From contig CALWTO010000014.1 in the NCBI GenBank assembly GCA_944384485.1, forward strand, positions 1 to 36,918: DNA of 36,918 bases, read 5' to 3'. This DNA is from an uncultured Clostridia bacterium. Lineage in GTDB: Bacteria > Bacillota > Clostridia > Christensenellales > UBA1242. Shown one piece after another: positions 14,198 to 25,900 of this stretch. The translations under genes were made by a program, and so were the position numbers. The first letter of the stretch is position 1; each line of letters begins with the position of its first letter. The notes under the pieces are model-generated. The model did not search any database, was not told the origin of the DNA, and worked only from the letters and a program-made list of their open reading frames with translations.

Positions 14198-16876
14198 GTG
14201 GTAAGAATTATTCCAAGAAAAACAAAAGTGAAAATGGAATTCGTCCGTGGCTTTACTGTCATGGATTTAGTTTTGGCTGTGCTTGTGGCTGCAATTTTAA
14301 TCGTTTTGATTGCATCCGATTTTGATGGACATATTTGGGTTGCAATTGTTTGGGCGATTTTTGGTATTTCATTATTTTTTAAAATTTCAGATACCGATCG
14401 TTTATACATAACTTATGTGCATATTATTCGATACTCAATGCAGAAAAAAGTTTATGAGAAACATCCAAAAAATAATAAACCAAATATTAAAGCAATTGTT
14501 CCATTTGAAAAAATTTATCAAGACAGATTTATCAGTTTTGGAGAATATTATGCCCAAGTGCTTGAAGTAAAACCAATTTTGTTTGGTCTGTTAAATGAGT
14601 ACAATCAAAACAATGTTATTGATGTTGGATTTTCAAATGCTTTGCGTAGACTTGAAGAAAGTCAAGTGTGTGAAATAGTTAAAATCAACAAGGCAATGGT
14701 TCTTGATAATTATGCTTACAATGAAAATAAAAAATTTGATAGACTTCTTGAACAGGTTTACGAAAAGCAAATGACTCAAAGTGAACTTGATGCAAGAGAA
14801 CCTGTTTTTCAAGAAAGACTTTCTTTTATTGAAAGCAGAAACAGAAAAGAAAAAATTTACAAAGACTATTTTTACATTGTTGTTTTAGGCAAAGACATTG
14901 AGGCTCTTGAAAATACAATAAATGGTATGGCTAGTGCTTTATCAAGTTCGCTCGTTCCTGTTGAAACAAAAAGACTTACCGGTGCTGAACTTGCAGTTTT
15001 CATTAGAGCAAATTACAACAGAGAATTTAATGAAAGAGAAATAGAATCTGTTTCTTACATTGATTATGTAAATTGGGCAACCCCAGAAAAAATTAAATTT
15101 AAATCTGCAAAATATAGTGTGGATGACAAATATTACAGAACTTTTGTTATCAATGAATATCCTCTTCAAGTTGGCAATGCATGGGGAGCATCATTCTTCC
15201 TTCTTGACAGAACAAAAGTTGTCATGAAATTTAAAAAAGCACAGAAATATGAAAGTGAAAGAAAAATAGATAAAGCCATAATGGATATGGAAAGCAAACT
15301 TTACAAAACAGGAAAGAGCAGTACGCAAATTGAAATCAAAACACACCTTGACACTTTAAGAAACTTGCTTACTGAACTTAAAAACAATAACCAGCAACTT
15401 TATGATGTAAACACTTTTATTACATGTGAAGATACTGCAAGAAAAGATGTAAAAGCAGTTCTTAAACAAGAGGGCTTCAGATTTAGCGAACTTTACGCAA
15501 GACAAATTGATGCTTTTATTTCTTCAAATATTTCAATGAGAGATAATATGCCAGAACTTCAAAGAGGATTTCCTACTTATACTCTTGCTGGCGTGTTCCC
15601 TTTCGTTTCCTCAGAATTGCAAGATGAAAATGGAATTTATATTGGTGACAATGTTTATCCTGTTTTTGTAGATTTCTTCCAAAGAGATTCTCAAAGAGTT
15701 AACTCAAATATGATGGTTATTGGTAAGTCTGGTTCAGGTAAATCTTACGCGATAAAAATGCTTCTTGCAAATTTTGCTGCTGACAACACAAAGATATTTA
15801 TTTGTGACCCTGAAAAAGAATATTACAAATTGACTGAAAGTTTGAAAGGAAAACTTATTGACGTGGGATCTTCATTGCAAGGAATTTTAAATCCTTTCCA
15901 TGTTATAAGGGCACTTGATAAAGATGATGATGAAAACGATTATGCATCTAAATCGGATTATTTCAAAGTGGAAAAGAAGGATGACTCTTTCAATCAGCAT
16001 TTACAATTCCTTGAGCAATTCTTTAGAACTGTTCTTGAAGGGATTTCATCCGATGCGTTCGAGATTGTAAACTCTTTGGTACTTGAAATGTATGCACGCA
16101 AAAAAATTGATGAAAACACGGATCTTAAAAAATTAAAACCAACCGATTATCCTATTTTTGATGATTTATATAACTTGGTTAAAGAAAAATTGGAAACTTC
16201 AACAAATGAGTTTTATTCTAAAAATTTAAGAATCGTTGAGGCTTACATAAGAAAGTTTGCAAAGGGAGGCAGAAACTCTAACCTTTGGAATGGACCAACT
16301 TCTATTGAAACAAATGAAAATTTTGTTTGTTTCAATTTCCAATCTCTTATTGCTGGAAACAATGATATGCTTACAAATGCTCAAATGCTTTTAGTATTTA
16401 AGTATCTTGAAAATGAAATCATCAATAATAAGGATTACAACACTTTACATAATACCAACAGAAAAATCATTATTGCAGTTGATGAAGCTCACACATTTAT
16501 TAACCCTAAATATCCTATCGCATTAAACTTCATGACTGCTATGGCAAAGAGAATTCGTAAATATGGTGGTATGCAAATTGTTATTACACAAAATATTAAC
16601 GACTTCGTTGGTTCTGAAGAAATCAAAAGACAGTCTACGGCTGTCATAAATGCTTGTCAATATTCAATTATTTTCTCTCTTTCTCCAAACGATGTAAACG
16701 ACCTTATAGAACTTTACAAAAACTCTGGAGGTATAAATAAAGAGGAGCAGAACTCAATTGTTACTGCTCAAAGAGGACAAGCTTTTGTTATAACTTCTCC
16801 AACTTCAAGAACAATGGTACAAATCAGAGCTCTTGATTATGTTGAAAATATGTACGAAGATAAAAAGAAAAGATAA
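14198..16876 (+). CDS. VirB4/TraE/PrgJ-family type IV secretion ATPase with a fused N-terminal PrgI/VirB3-like two-TM module
   Basis: GAGG RBS lies 5 nt before GTG 14198; the track uses TTG 14183 and ATG 14231 is also possible. PrgI-like N-terminus RIIPRKTKVKMEFVRGFTVMDL plus two TM helices. VirB4-type blocks: YRTFVINEYPLQVGNAWG, Walker A GKSGSGKS (15722-15745), Walker B IIAVDEAH (DEAH at 16481-16492), RKYGGMQIVITQNINDF. Confidence 0.8.
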   Translation: MVRIIPRKTKVKMEFVRGFTVMDLVLAVLVAAILIVLIASDFDGHIWVAIVWAIFGISLFFKISDTDRLYITYVHIIRYSMQKKVYEKHPKNNKPNIKAIVPFEKIYQDRFISFGEYYAQVLEVKPILFGLLNEYNQNNVIDVGFSNALRRLEESQVCEIVKINKAMVLDNYAYNENKKFDRLLEQVYEKQMTQSELDAREPVFQERLSFIESRNRKEKIYKDYFYIVVLGKDIEALENTINGMASALSSSLVPVETKRLTGAELAVFIRANYNREFNEREIESVSYIDYVNWATPEKIKFKSAKYSVDDKYYRTFVINEYPLQVGNAWGASFFLLDRTKVVMKFKKAQKYESERKIDKAIMDMESKLYKTGKSSTQIEIKTHLDTLRNLLTELKNNNQQLYDVNTFITCEDTARKDVKAVLKQEGFRFSELYARQIDAFISSNISMRDNMPELQRGFPTYTLAGVFPFVSSELQDENGIYIGDNVYPVFVDFFQRDSQRVNSNMMVIGKSGSGKSYAIKMLLANFAADNTKIFICDPEKEYYKLTESLKGKLIDVGSSLQGILNPFHVIRALDKDDDENDYASKSDYFKVEKKDDSFNQHLQFLEQFFRTVLEGISSDAFEIVNSLVLEMYARKKIDENTDLKKLKPTDYPIFDDLYNLVKEKLETSTNEFYSKNLRIVEAYIRKFAKGGRNSNLWNGPTSIETNENFVCFNFQSLIAGNNDMLTNAQMLLVFKYLENEIINNKDYNTLHNTNRKIIIAVDEAHTFINPKYPIALNFMTAMAKRIRKYGGMQIVITQNINDFVGSEEIKRQSTAVINACQYSIIFSLSPNDVNDLIELYKNSGGINKEEQNSIVTAQRGQAFVITSPTSRTMVQIRALDYVENMYEDKKKR

Positions 16877-16909
16877 GAGATAATCAAATAAAAGGGGCAA
16901 GGTTGCGCT

Positions 16910-19900
16910 ATGATAAACATAAAGAAATTTAGTTTGTTCGCATTTAGTTTGTTAATGGTGTTAACAAGCCTCTTTTTCGTTGCATGTGGTAAAGATGATT
17001 TTAGCAATGTTTCACTTTCAGTTTCTAATTCCGCAGTTGAATTACAAGTTGATGAAAGTGTTGATTTGACTTTCACAATAAACAATATGCCCGAAAATAT
17101 GAGCAATGAACTTGTGTTTGAATTTTCACCTGCAGGCATTGCGAAAGTGGAAATTATTTCTTCAAGTGTAGATCAAATTAATGTAAGAGTTACCGGCGTT
17201 GAAGCGGGATCAACTGTGATGGCGGTAAAGACAAAAGAGGGATTAAAAACTTGCAATGTTAGCATTTTTGTTACGGAATATTCTTCCTTTTTAGAGGCAA
17301 ACGAGAACAATCTTTATGTTTCTACAAGTGATGATTTAACAATAAAAAATAGCGATTTTGTTTTTGGTGACAAAGTAAACGAAAAACACTTGGATTTTTA
17401 TTTTTATGGATTTAATGCAGAAGGAAATGATTTGACTTTAGATGATGTTTCTAGTGTAAACTCAAACAGTCAAAGAAATTTTTTTAATAAATTTGTGTCG
17501 ATTAAACTTATAAATCAAAATGAAAAAAGTTATTTAATTTTTAGCGACGAAGAAGGCAATGAATATTCACTATCGCAAGGGCAATATGATTTAAGCCATG
17601 CTGGGAATATAAAATATTCTTTTATTGCTGTTTCTAAAAACAATGATGGTCAATACATTTTAAATAGTGCTTCTCAAGTTTCAGTTGGAGATAAATTTAC
17701 TTTTATTGCAAATTATGAAAATCCAAATAGCAATGAGGATATATTTACGCAAAGGGAATTTGTCGTTTTAAAAGATTTAGATAAAGAATCTTTTGTAATG
17801 GAATATGGTTATGCTATTTTTGATCAAAACAATCCTCAAGCAGGGGCTGAAGAAGAAGTTTATTTTGATGAACAATTTGATAGCAATAAAATAACCCTTG
17901 TTCCTGAATATACAAAAAATCTTGATAACGAAGGAAAGATAGGGTATTATGCGGACTTTAAAAATGCAATAATATCAATTTTTGTTCCTATAGATAATGA
18001 ATTACTTAACTATAAAGTGGAAAGTTCTGTTGAGAATGTATGCAATTTTACTTATCAAACTGTCAAAGTTGCTGGTGGTGTAAATTATGTTATAGACCTT
18101 TCTACTAAGTCAACAGACGTGCAAGATTTTGTTATTAAATTTAGTCTGTTCTATGATGGATTTGAGAGTTCTTCAAATCAAAATGTCTGTGCAAGTATCG
18201 AAATACCTGTTTCAATAAAATCAAAACCAAACCAAATTTGGATTAGTAGCAGCAATTTTTCAAATATTTTAGTTGATAGTAAAACTTTTGTTTTTTATAA
18301 TCATTATTTTTCTAACGACTTGGGCTGGCAAAGATTTTATTTTGCTGTTTCGCCTATAGGTTGCAATTTCTCATCTTTGCAAATTGTTTTACCGGAAGGT
18401 TGTGGATTACAAGTTCGATACAACGGTGTTGTATATCATTCAGGAGATACTGTAGTTGTGAGCAACCTTAAAAACTATGTTGAGTTTAAAGGTGAGGAGG
18501 GAGCTACTGTTTCTGAAAATTCCGCTTTGCAAATCAAAGTGTTATATGACATTTTGATTGAAGGGGAAGAGCTTATAAGTAATTTTAATTATAAAATTTT
18601 GGAAGGACCAACAAATATAGATTTTGAAAATCAAAACTTTAAAACCAAAAATATTGGTCTTACATTAAGTAGCGATGGTGAAATAATAGATTTTTCAAAT
18701 CAAATTTACACGGATGCACTTTTTGAAGATTTTAATGTTGTTTTAAGCTCGGGAAACAATATAGTCGAGTTTGTAAAGTATGAAGAGGTTTGTCAAAAAA
18801 TAGGCGAAAAATATTATTTAAATTTTGGATTTAAAACTTTAAGTACCGGAATTGCAATTTATTCAATAACTTTACCAAATGGAAGTGCAATTTCTGTCAG
18901 CGTAGAAGTGGTTGATGCTTTAAATTATCCTTCTATCTCGACAACAAACAAAAATGCAAATATGGAAATTGTTGATTTCAATGAAGCAAGCGCCACCATA
19001 TATGCGAGATATAATAGTGAGAATGTCGGCTCAAATAATAGTTTTGATTTAAATATTTTATCAAATGGGACAAACAATTCTAATGCTATCAATGATTTAG
19101 AAATTAATATAAACGATAATTCCATAATTAGTATTTCTAATCAAAATGGTTTTGAATTCGACGTTGTTTTAGCAAAAACAGGAACAACCAAACTTGTATT
19201 AAACGTTATAGGTAAAAGAGTTGATGATTTTGTAATTTCAAATTACGAAATTCAGTTTACAATAGATATTGTTGTTTATGAATATATTAAAGAATTGAAT
19301 GTTTATAAATTAAGAGATGGACAAAATGAATCTTATTCTAGTGGAACATCGGCAAGATATGTTTATGTTTATGACAGCAATGCAAATTCTATTTCAAAAA
19401 GACAAGCTCAACTTGAAATAACTGCTTCTCAATATAGTGAGTCCGTTGCACCATATTTATTTAAAAATCCAGCAACTGGAGAATTTGAATATTCTTCATT
19501 TAATTCTAGTTATATTTATTGGACTGTGCCTGGTGGTTATAATGTTTATCTAAACGATATGCTTGTAAGTGATGGAAGAATGTACATTCAAGGCGAAGGG
19601 CAATCTTTATATCAAATTGCTGATTCAAGTGGTATAGTTATTGCAAATTTTGATGCAAGTTCTTTAACTTTAACTTTAACAAAAGATGCATATGCCAATT
19701 TTATACTTGTCGCAAATATTGAACAATTTGGAATAAGTGCTCGTTCTTATACAGTAAATGTTTCTATTTTAAAATATGACATTGTAGAAAGCCTTTCTCC
19801 ATTAACTCCTGTAAGTTATCTTTCTTTCTCAACAATGGATACAACTCAAAAATTTAATTTTAGAGTTTTACAAAATTCAGCAATAAATAAAAATGTTAAA

Positions 19901-22900
19901 ATAAATCTTACAGGTGATTCATTTGTAGAAAATAACAAAACTTATAGAATTTTTGGTGAAAAACAAGCAGATGGAAGTTATGAAAATATTGATGTTGAAA
20001 TAAATGGTAGCGTCGTTAATATAGTTATGACTTTAAATGAAGATTTCCTTAACGCTTCTGCAAATTTAAAAGAATTTAATCCTGTTCTGACAATTGCAGC
20101 AGAAGATTGGTATGATGATACAGGCTATTTATTGGATCAATATAGTGGAAAAGTTATAACATTAAACATCATTTTTGAAAACGGAACAGAGTATAATCCT
20201 TTTATTTTGGATAGCACTGAAGACATTTTAAAAATTAGTGACAATCTAAATGCTCATTACCAAGTTATTACAACTATAGACGTTTCTTCTATAACTAACG
20301 AATTGCCTCTTGGAGAGTTTAACGGAACTATTTCAGGTACAAAAAGTTATTCGAAAATTGTTGGGATTAATGTTTCTTCAATGGAAGTTGCAGAAAATTA
20401 TGTCTATGCTGGGCTTTTTAGTAAACTTGGGAAAAATGCCGTTATTGAAAATTTAATTTTTGAAGGAAGTTTTAATCTTGCAATTAATGCTGATACAAAT
20501 GCTTATATTGGTATAGTTGCCGGAGAAAATTATGGAACGCTTAAAAATGTTTCAGTTAACATAAATTCTTCAAATATCACATTGCAAGGTTCAAGTTTTT
20601 CAAGTGGAGAACAAGCAACTTCTAACAATGCCTATATTGGTGGATTGGTCGGAAAAAATAGCGGAGAAATAATTCAAGACTTTACTGAAATTGATGAAAA
20701 CATATATAAACTTTATGATTATATGTTGTTTATGAATGACTTTTTAAATATATCTTATCAATATTTTAATACTTATGCTGGTGGTATAACAGGTTACAGC
20801 GAAGGAAGTATTAAAAAGATAGATGGAAAAACAATTTATGGTTATTCAAATTATATGGCATATTCATTGATTAGAACTCAACTTTTGCCATTAGAAGATG
20901 GGGAAACAGATTCGGTGTCAAAAGATTATGTAGGGGCAATTGCAGGCTATGTAATAACAAATAATGATAATGTTTTTGTGGCTTATCAATCAAGTGAAAA
21001 TACCTATACAACTACTTCATATTTTGCGGGAAAAGGTATACTTGTTGGTGGTGAAGTGGAAGGAATGAGTTATGTTGGCGGCGTTGCAGGAAAAGTTGAA
21101 GTGGGAGCAAACAGTAGCTTTTTAGGTATATCGTCAAGAACTTTTGTCCGTGCATTATCAGAAAGTAGTAATGCTGGTTTGATTTCTGGAAACATTTCTA
21201 CTTCAAACAATTCAGTTGTAGAGCCAATATTCTTCATGCAAGCCGTTGATGATGGGAAAACAAGTGAAAATTCTTCTATGCTTGTAATCAATTCTGCAAC
21301 TGAAAACAGTATCTTTGGAGCGACTGGTAAACAAGGAACGATTTTAAATAGACTTGCCTTTGGTGTTCAAGGTGTTTTGGTAGATACTTTCAAAGTGGGC
21401 AAAGATGAGAACTATTTTATTACCTATCTATCAAGGGAAGTTGTTAAAATAGGTGAGGACAATCAGCCGATTACAATAACTCCAAATAATTCTTCTATTT
21501 ATTATGGTGAAGCGGTAGTAGTTAATCAAGGTACAATAGTTGAACAATACATTTTTGCAAATAAAGGGCAAACAGAGGACTTAAGTGTAACTGGAAATAT
21601 TAAAGATGCAGAGAGAAATATTATTAACGCATTAAGTTCTCAAAATGGCAACTTGGCTTTTTATGCTTATTTCTTTAATGCTTTGTCAAGTTCAAGTGAA
21701 AGTGAAGTCGGACTAGCTCAAGCACAAGAATTGTTAAATGAAAACTATAATAGTTTAAATGTTGGCGATGAATTATATCCTTTTGTTACGCAAAGCGATC
21801 TATTACTAAAATCGCAGAATACTGATATTTTAAAAATTGACGCAAATGGCAAAATTACTATAAAAGGTACAGGTTGGGCTAGAATTGTAGGGGATAGTCT
21901 TTTAAATGTAAATCAGGGAATTTCTTTCTATATTTATGTTACAAATTATTTCAATCCTGATAAAAATATTTCTATTGTTTATTCAGATTTGTCAACATCA
22001 TCTACTCCTCTTAATCAAGCCACAATTTATATGTTTGCAAACGATACAGCAGTTTTGTATGTTAGACCTAATTATAAATTTGAATCAAAAGACAATGGAA
22101 CAGGGCAGACATTTATTGTTGATTCATTTGGGAACGCTGTGATAAACAACTATCAATTTAATCTTGATCAAAACTCTAGCATCACAGCGGATGTTGAAAT
22201 TAATGAAGAACAATTTATTAAATCCATTTCAGGTCAAACTGTAATAATCACAAAAAAGCAAACTGATGCAAATAATTCTCAATATAATTTAAAAATAACT
22301 CCAATATTAAAAAGTTCTTATAATGGAACTGAATATAAAGTAGAAGTAAATAAAATGCTTACTTCTGTGAATGTGAGTTATTCAAAAGGTGCGGAATCAA
22401 TTGGTTTAAGTACTTATGACAATTTGACTATTTCAACAACTACTGAAGCAAGCGAAACGATCATAATGCGTTCTTCTGCTGATGCAACAGTTGAAGGTGT
22501 TGATTATTATATCACTTATAATAATCAAATTATTCAAGAAGCAGATAGTGAAGATGAATTGTTTAACATTTCTATATCTTTAAATGAAAATTACGATAGC
22601 AATGAATTAATTAAAGAGTATAAATATTCTTTAAAAATAAGTGTTAATAAAGAAAGTGAAGCTTATAAAAATAGGTTCCAGAATAATATTTATGGTCAAT
22701 ATAAAATTGTATTTATTGCAAAAACAAATTCTGCAGTTTACACAACAATGAATTTAAATTTGGAAAATCTGCCATTACAAAATATTGTTATTGATAACTA
22801 TAACGGCTTTGCTGACATGAAAGAAAATATTGGAAATTCAAGTGAATTTGCATACCCTGGTAGCAGTTCTCTTCTTGCTGTGACTTTGTCACCTGAAGAT

Positions 22901-25900
22901 AGTGATTTTGATTACATTGTAATAGAAAATGATGAACAAAATTATCAATCTGGAAATGGTAATGCAGTCTTTGAACTTGCGGCAAGAAAAGAAAATGTTG
23001 AAAGTGGAAAAACATTGTTTGAATCTGGAGTAATTAGTGGTTCTGCTACAAGTAAAGGGCTTTTGATTACAAAAGATGAAATTTTAAAAGTTTACAATGA
23101 TTCTACTTCTTATAAAGATTATTCAGGTGTTGTTTACTTTAAGTACGAAATTGGAAATTCAGGTATAGTAGATGGCTCTGTTTCAAGATTTATAATAAGA
23201 GTTTATAAAGATGGAAATGTTGTAAAATCTTCATCTATTGACTTAACGCTAAAATTGAAAGAAAGTGTTTCTCTTTCAATTGATGGAAAAGACAAAGAAA
23301 TTGGATTTGAATATGATACATATCGTGTTGCTAGAGGGTTGAGATACAAAATCAATGTTAATTCGTATGGCTTTAGCGACGATAATATTGAATTGATTGT
23401 TAAAGATAATCAAAATCTTGTTACTCTTGAAAAAGTTGATGGAGAATATTACATTCAAATAGACAACAGAAATATTGTAAGTAGTTCAATAGCGTCTATT
23501 GAAGTTCATGCATCAAGAATGGATGGAGAAAACGAAATTACCGCAGATAATGTTATTGACCTTATTATAATGAATTATGTTGTTAATTCTAATTTAACTA
23601 CAGATGAAAATCCTGACATTGTAAATGGTATGGATGATGGTGTTATAACAATGCCTATTGGAACAAGCAAATCAATTAAAGTTGATATAAAAGACTATAT
23701 TGAATATGATAGTTCAAATCAATCTGTTGTAGATTTAGTAGAAAGTTTTGTAGAAAGTTTAAATCAAAAGGGCAATTGGAAATATACAAGCAACATAAAA
23801 CCAGGACAAACAGTGCCAGAAGCAGGAGTAGGTGAGGCTAAATATTCTTATACATTGAATAGTGGAGAAAGCAATTATTACTTTAATTATGACAACTTTG
23901 CTTTTGTTCCTGTAAGAATAAATGATCCACAAGCAAATTTGTATTATATTACTTATCAAGGCTATTATGAATTGAATGAAGACAACACAGGTTATGTTGC
24001 AGTTGATAATAAAGAAGGAGCAAATACATTTGCTACTGAAATTCGATTTGATGTTTATGTTTCAAGTAGCGAAGAAACCCCAATTCCTATCTTCAATTAT
24101 CAAGATTTCTTAAATATGAAAGTTGATGGGTATTACATTCTTTTAAACGATATCGTACTTCCATCAAAGGAATATGTTGAAAATAGTGATGAAGTTAATG
24201 ACCAATATATGCCAATGGTTGGAAACTTTGCATCGCTAGATGGAAATGGACATTCTATCGTCCTTGATGGAACTTATGATTTTGGTTCTTCCAGCGATTT
24301 GGCTATTTTCTCATCTTTAGCAAGTGAGAGCATAATAAAAAATTTAAATATAAAACTTCTTTCTTCTTATCAAACATCAAGCGCTGAATTTGGAGTTATT
24401 TTCAAAACTACAAATGCTAATAACAGGGTTGGAATTTTGGTCGCAAGCAACAGCGGAATTATAACAAACTGTAAAATTTCCACTCCAACAAATACATTCT
24501 TTACTATTGAAAGCCCTCTTGCTGGAATAGAAGCGACTTACTTTGGTGGCCTTGTTGGTGAAAATAACGGCTATATTACAAATTGTTCTACTTCAATCAA
24601 TGTAACAGGTTCTTTCAATATTGCTGGCCTTGTTGGTGTCAATAGCGGTAAAATTGCGGCAAGTTACTTTGAGGATGGAATTTTACTGTCAAGTGGAAAT
24701 CAACTTGGTGAATCTTACCATGTTGCAGGGCTTGTAAATAAAAACTTGGAAAATGGTCAAATAATTACAAGCTATGTTACTTCAGGTATATCATCTCAAA
24801 GTCTTTATTCTCAAAATAAAGAAAGTTATCTTTCATCTCCAAATTATTCAGCAGGTTTTGTTTATGACAATGATGGTTTAATTCAAGATTGTTATTCAGA
24901 TATTTATCTTGCAAAAAATGCAAATATGGCTGGCTTTGCTTATATTAATACGAATACAATAAAGAATTGTTTCTCTTTAAGTGTTCTTCAAAATAATACT
25001 ATTGCAGCAGCTGGCTTTGCAATGAGAAATAATGCAATTGATGATGCTGATGAAAATCAAGGTGATAATAGTGGTGAAGGTGTTTTTGAAAATTGCTATT
25101 ATTTATCTGATGAAGAAGAAAACATCAACATAGATTTAAATACAGTTGTTTTTGAAGGTGTTGAGAAGTTAAGTGTTGATGATTTTGCAAACCTTGAAAA
25201 TTTTGAGGCTTATGCTTATAGTAATGTTGTTAGCACTGGTGCTGTTTGGTTCTTCTCAACAAGTGGAGAAAACAATAGCAATTATGTAAAATTTTCTGCG
25301 ACAAGTGAAATTGATTCAGTAGATAACGACAATGGTCTAGGTGTTCAGTATAACACAGTCTATGAAAAAGAATATAAAACATTACCTAAAGGAAGACTTG
25401 AATTATCTGCTCCAAATATTGATGTTTTGTCTGTGCGTAATTTTATCAATGCTGAAGAAAATGTAGAAAATGGAGATATTGTTTACAATTATCAAGATGA
25501 CACTTCAACAGATGCAACAAGTTTTGCAACAAGAGGCTCAATCTATAATCCTTATCTTATATATGACGCTCAAACTATGGAAAGTTTGATTTTGGAAAAC
25601 AGTAATTCGAGTTCAAATTTAAATAGCGAAAATTACAGATTGATAAGTGATATTGATTACAATTCTTATACGCAAAATTCTCAAATTTACAATACTGTTT
25701 ATACCGGAATATTTGAAGGCAATGGTATGGAAATAAGTGCTATTGTTTTGCAATCAAATTCAAATCTTGAAAATGCTGGGCTATTTGCTCAACTTGGAAT
25801 ATCTTCAGCGAAATATGGTGTTATCAAAAATTTAACTCTTTCTCCAGCTAGTGTAACATTCCCAAATGCTTCTTCTGTCGGTGGTGTTGTCGGTTATGTA

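Noticed and set aside
14152-14409. 85-aa minus-strand ORF overlapping the 5' end of the VirB4-like gene. A 100-aa minus ORF at 16837-17139 spans the ATPase/giant-gene junction.
   Set aside because: Both are antisense to well-supported coding sequence (PrgI-like TM module; lipoprotein signal peptide). Neither has an RBS or a recognisable motif.
21936-23959. Several 60-75-aa alternative-frame ORFs inside the giant gene (for example 21936-22142, 22788-23015, 23276-23458, 23759-23959).
   Set aside because: They are embedded in a continuous 10.4-kb frame with consistent domain signatures. They have no RBS and their composition is low-complexity.
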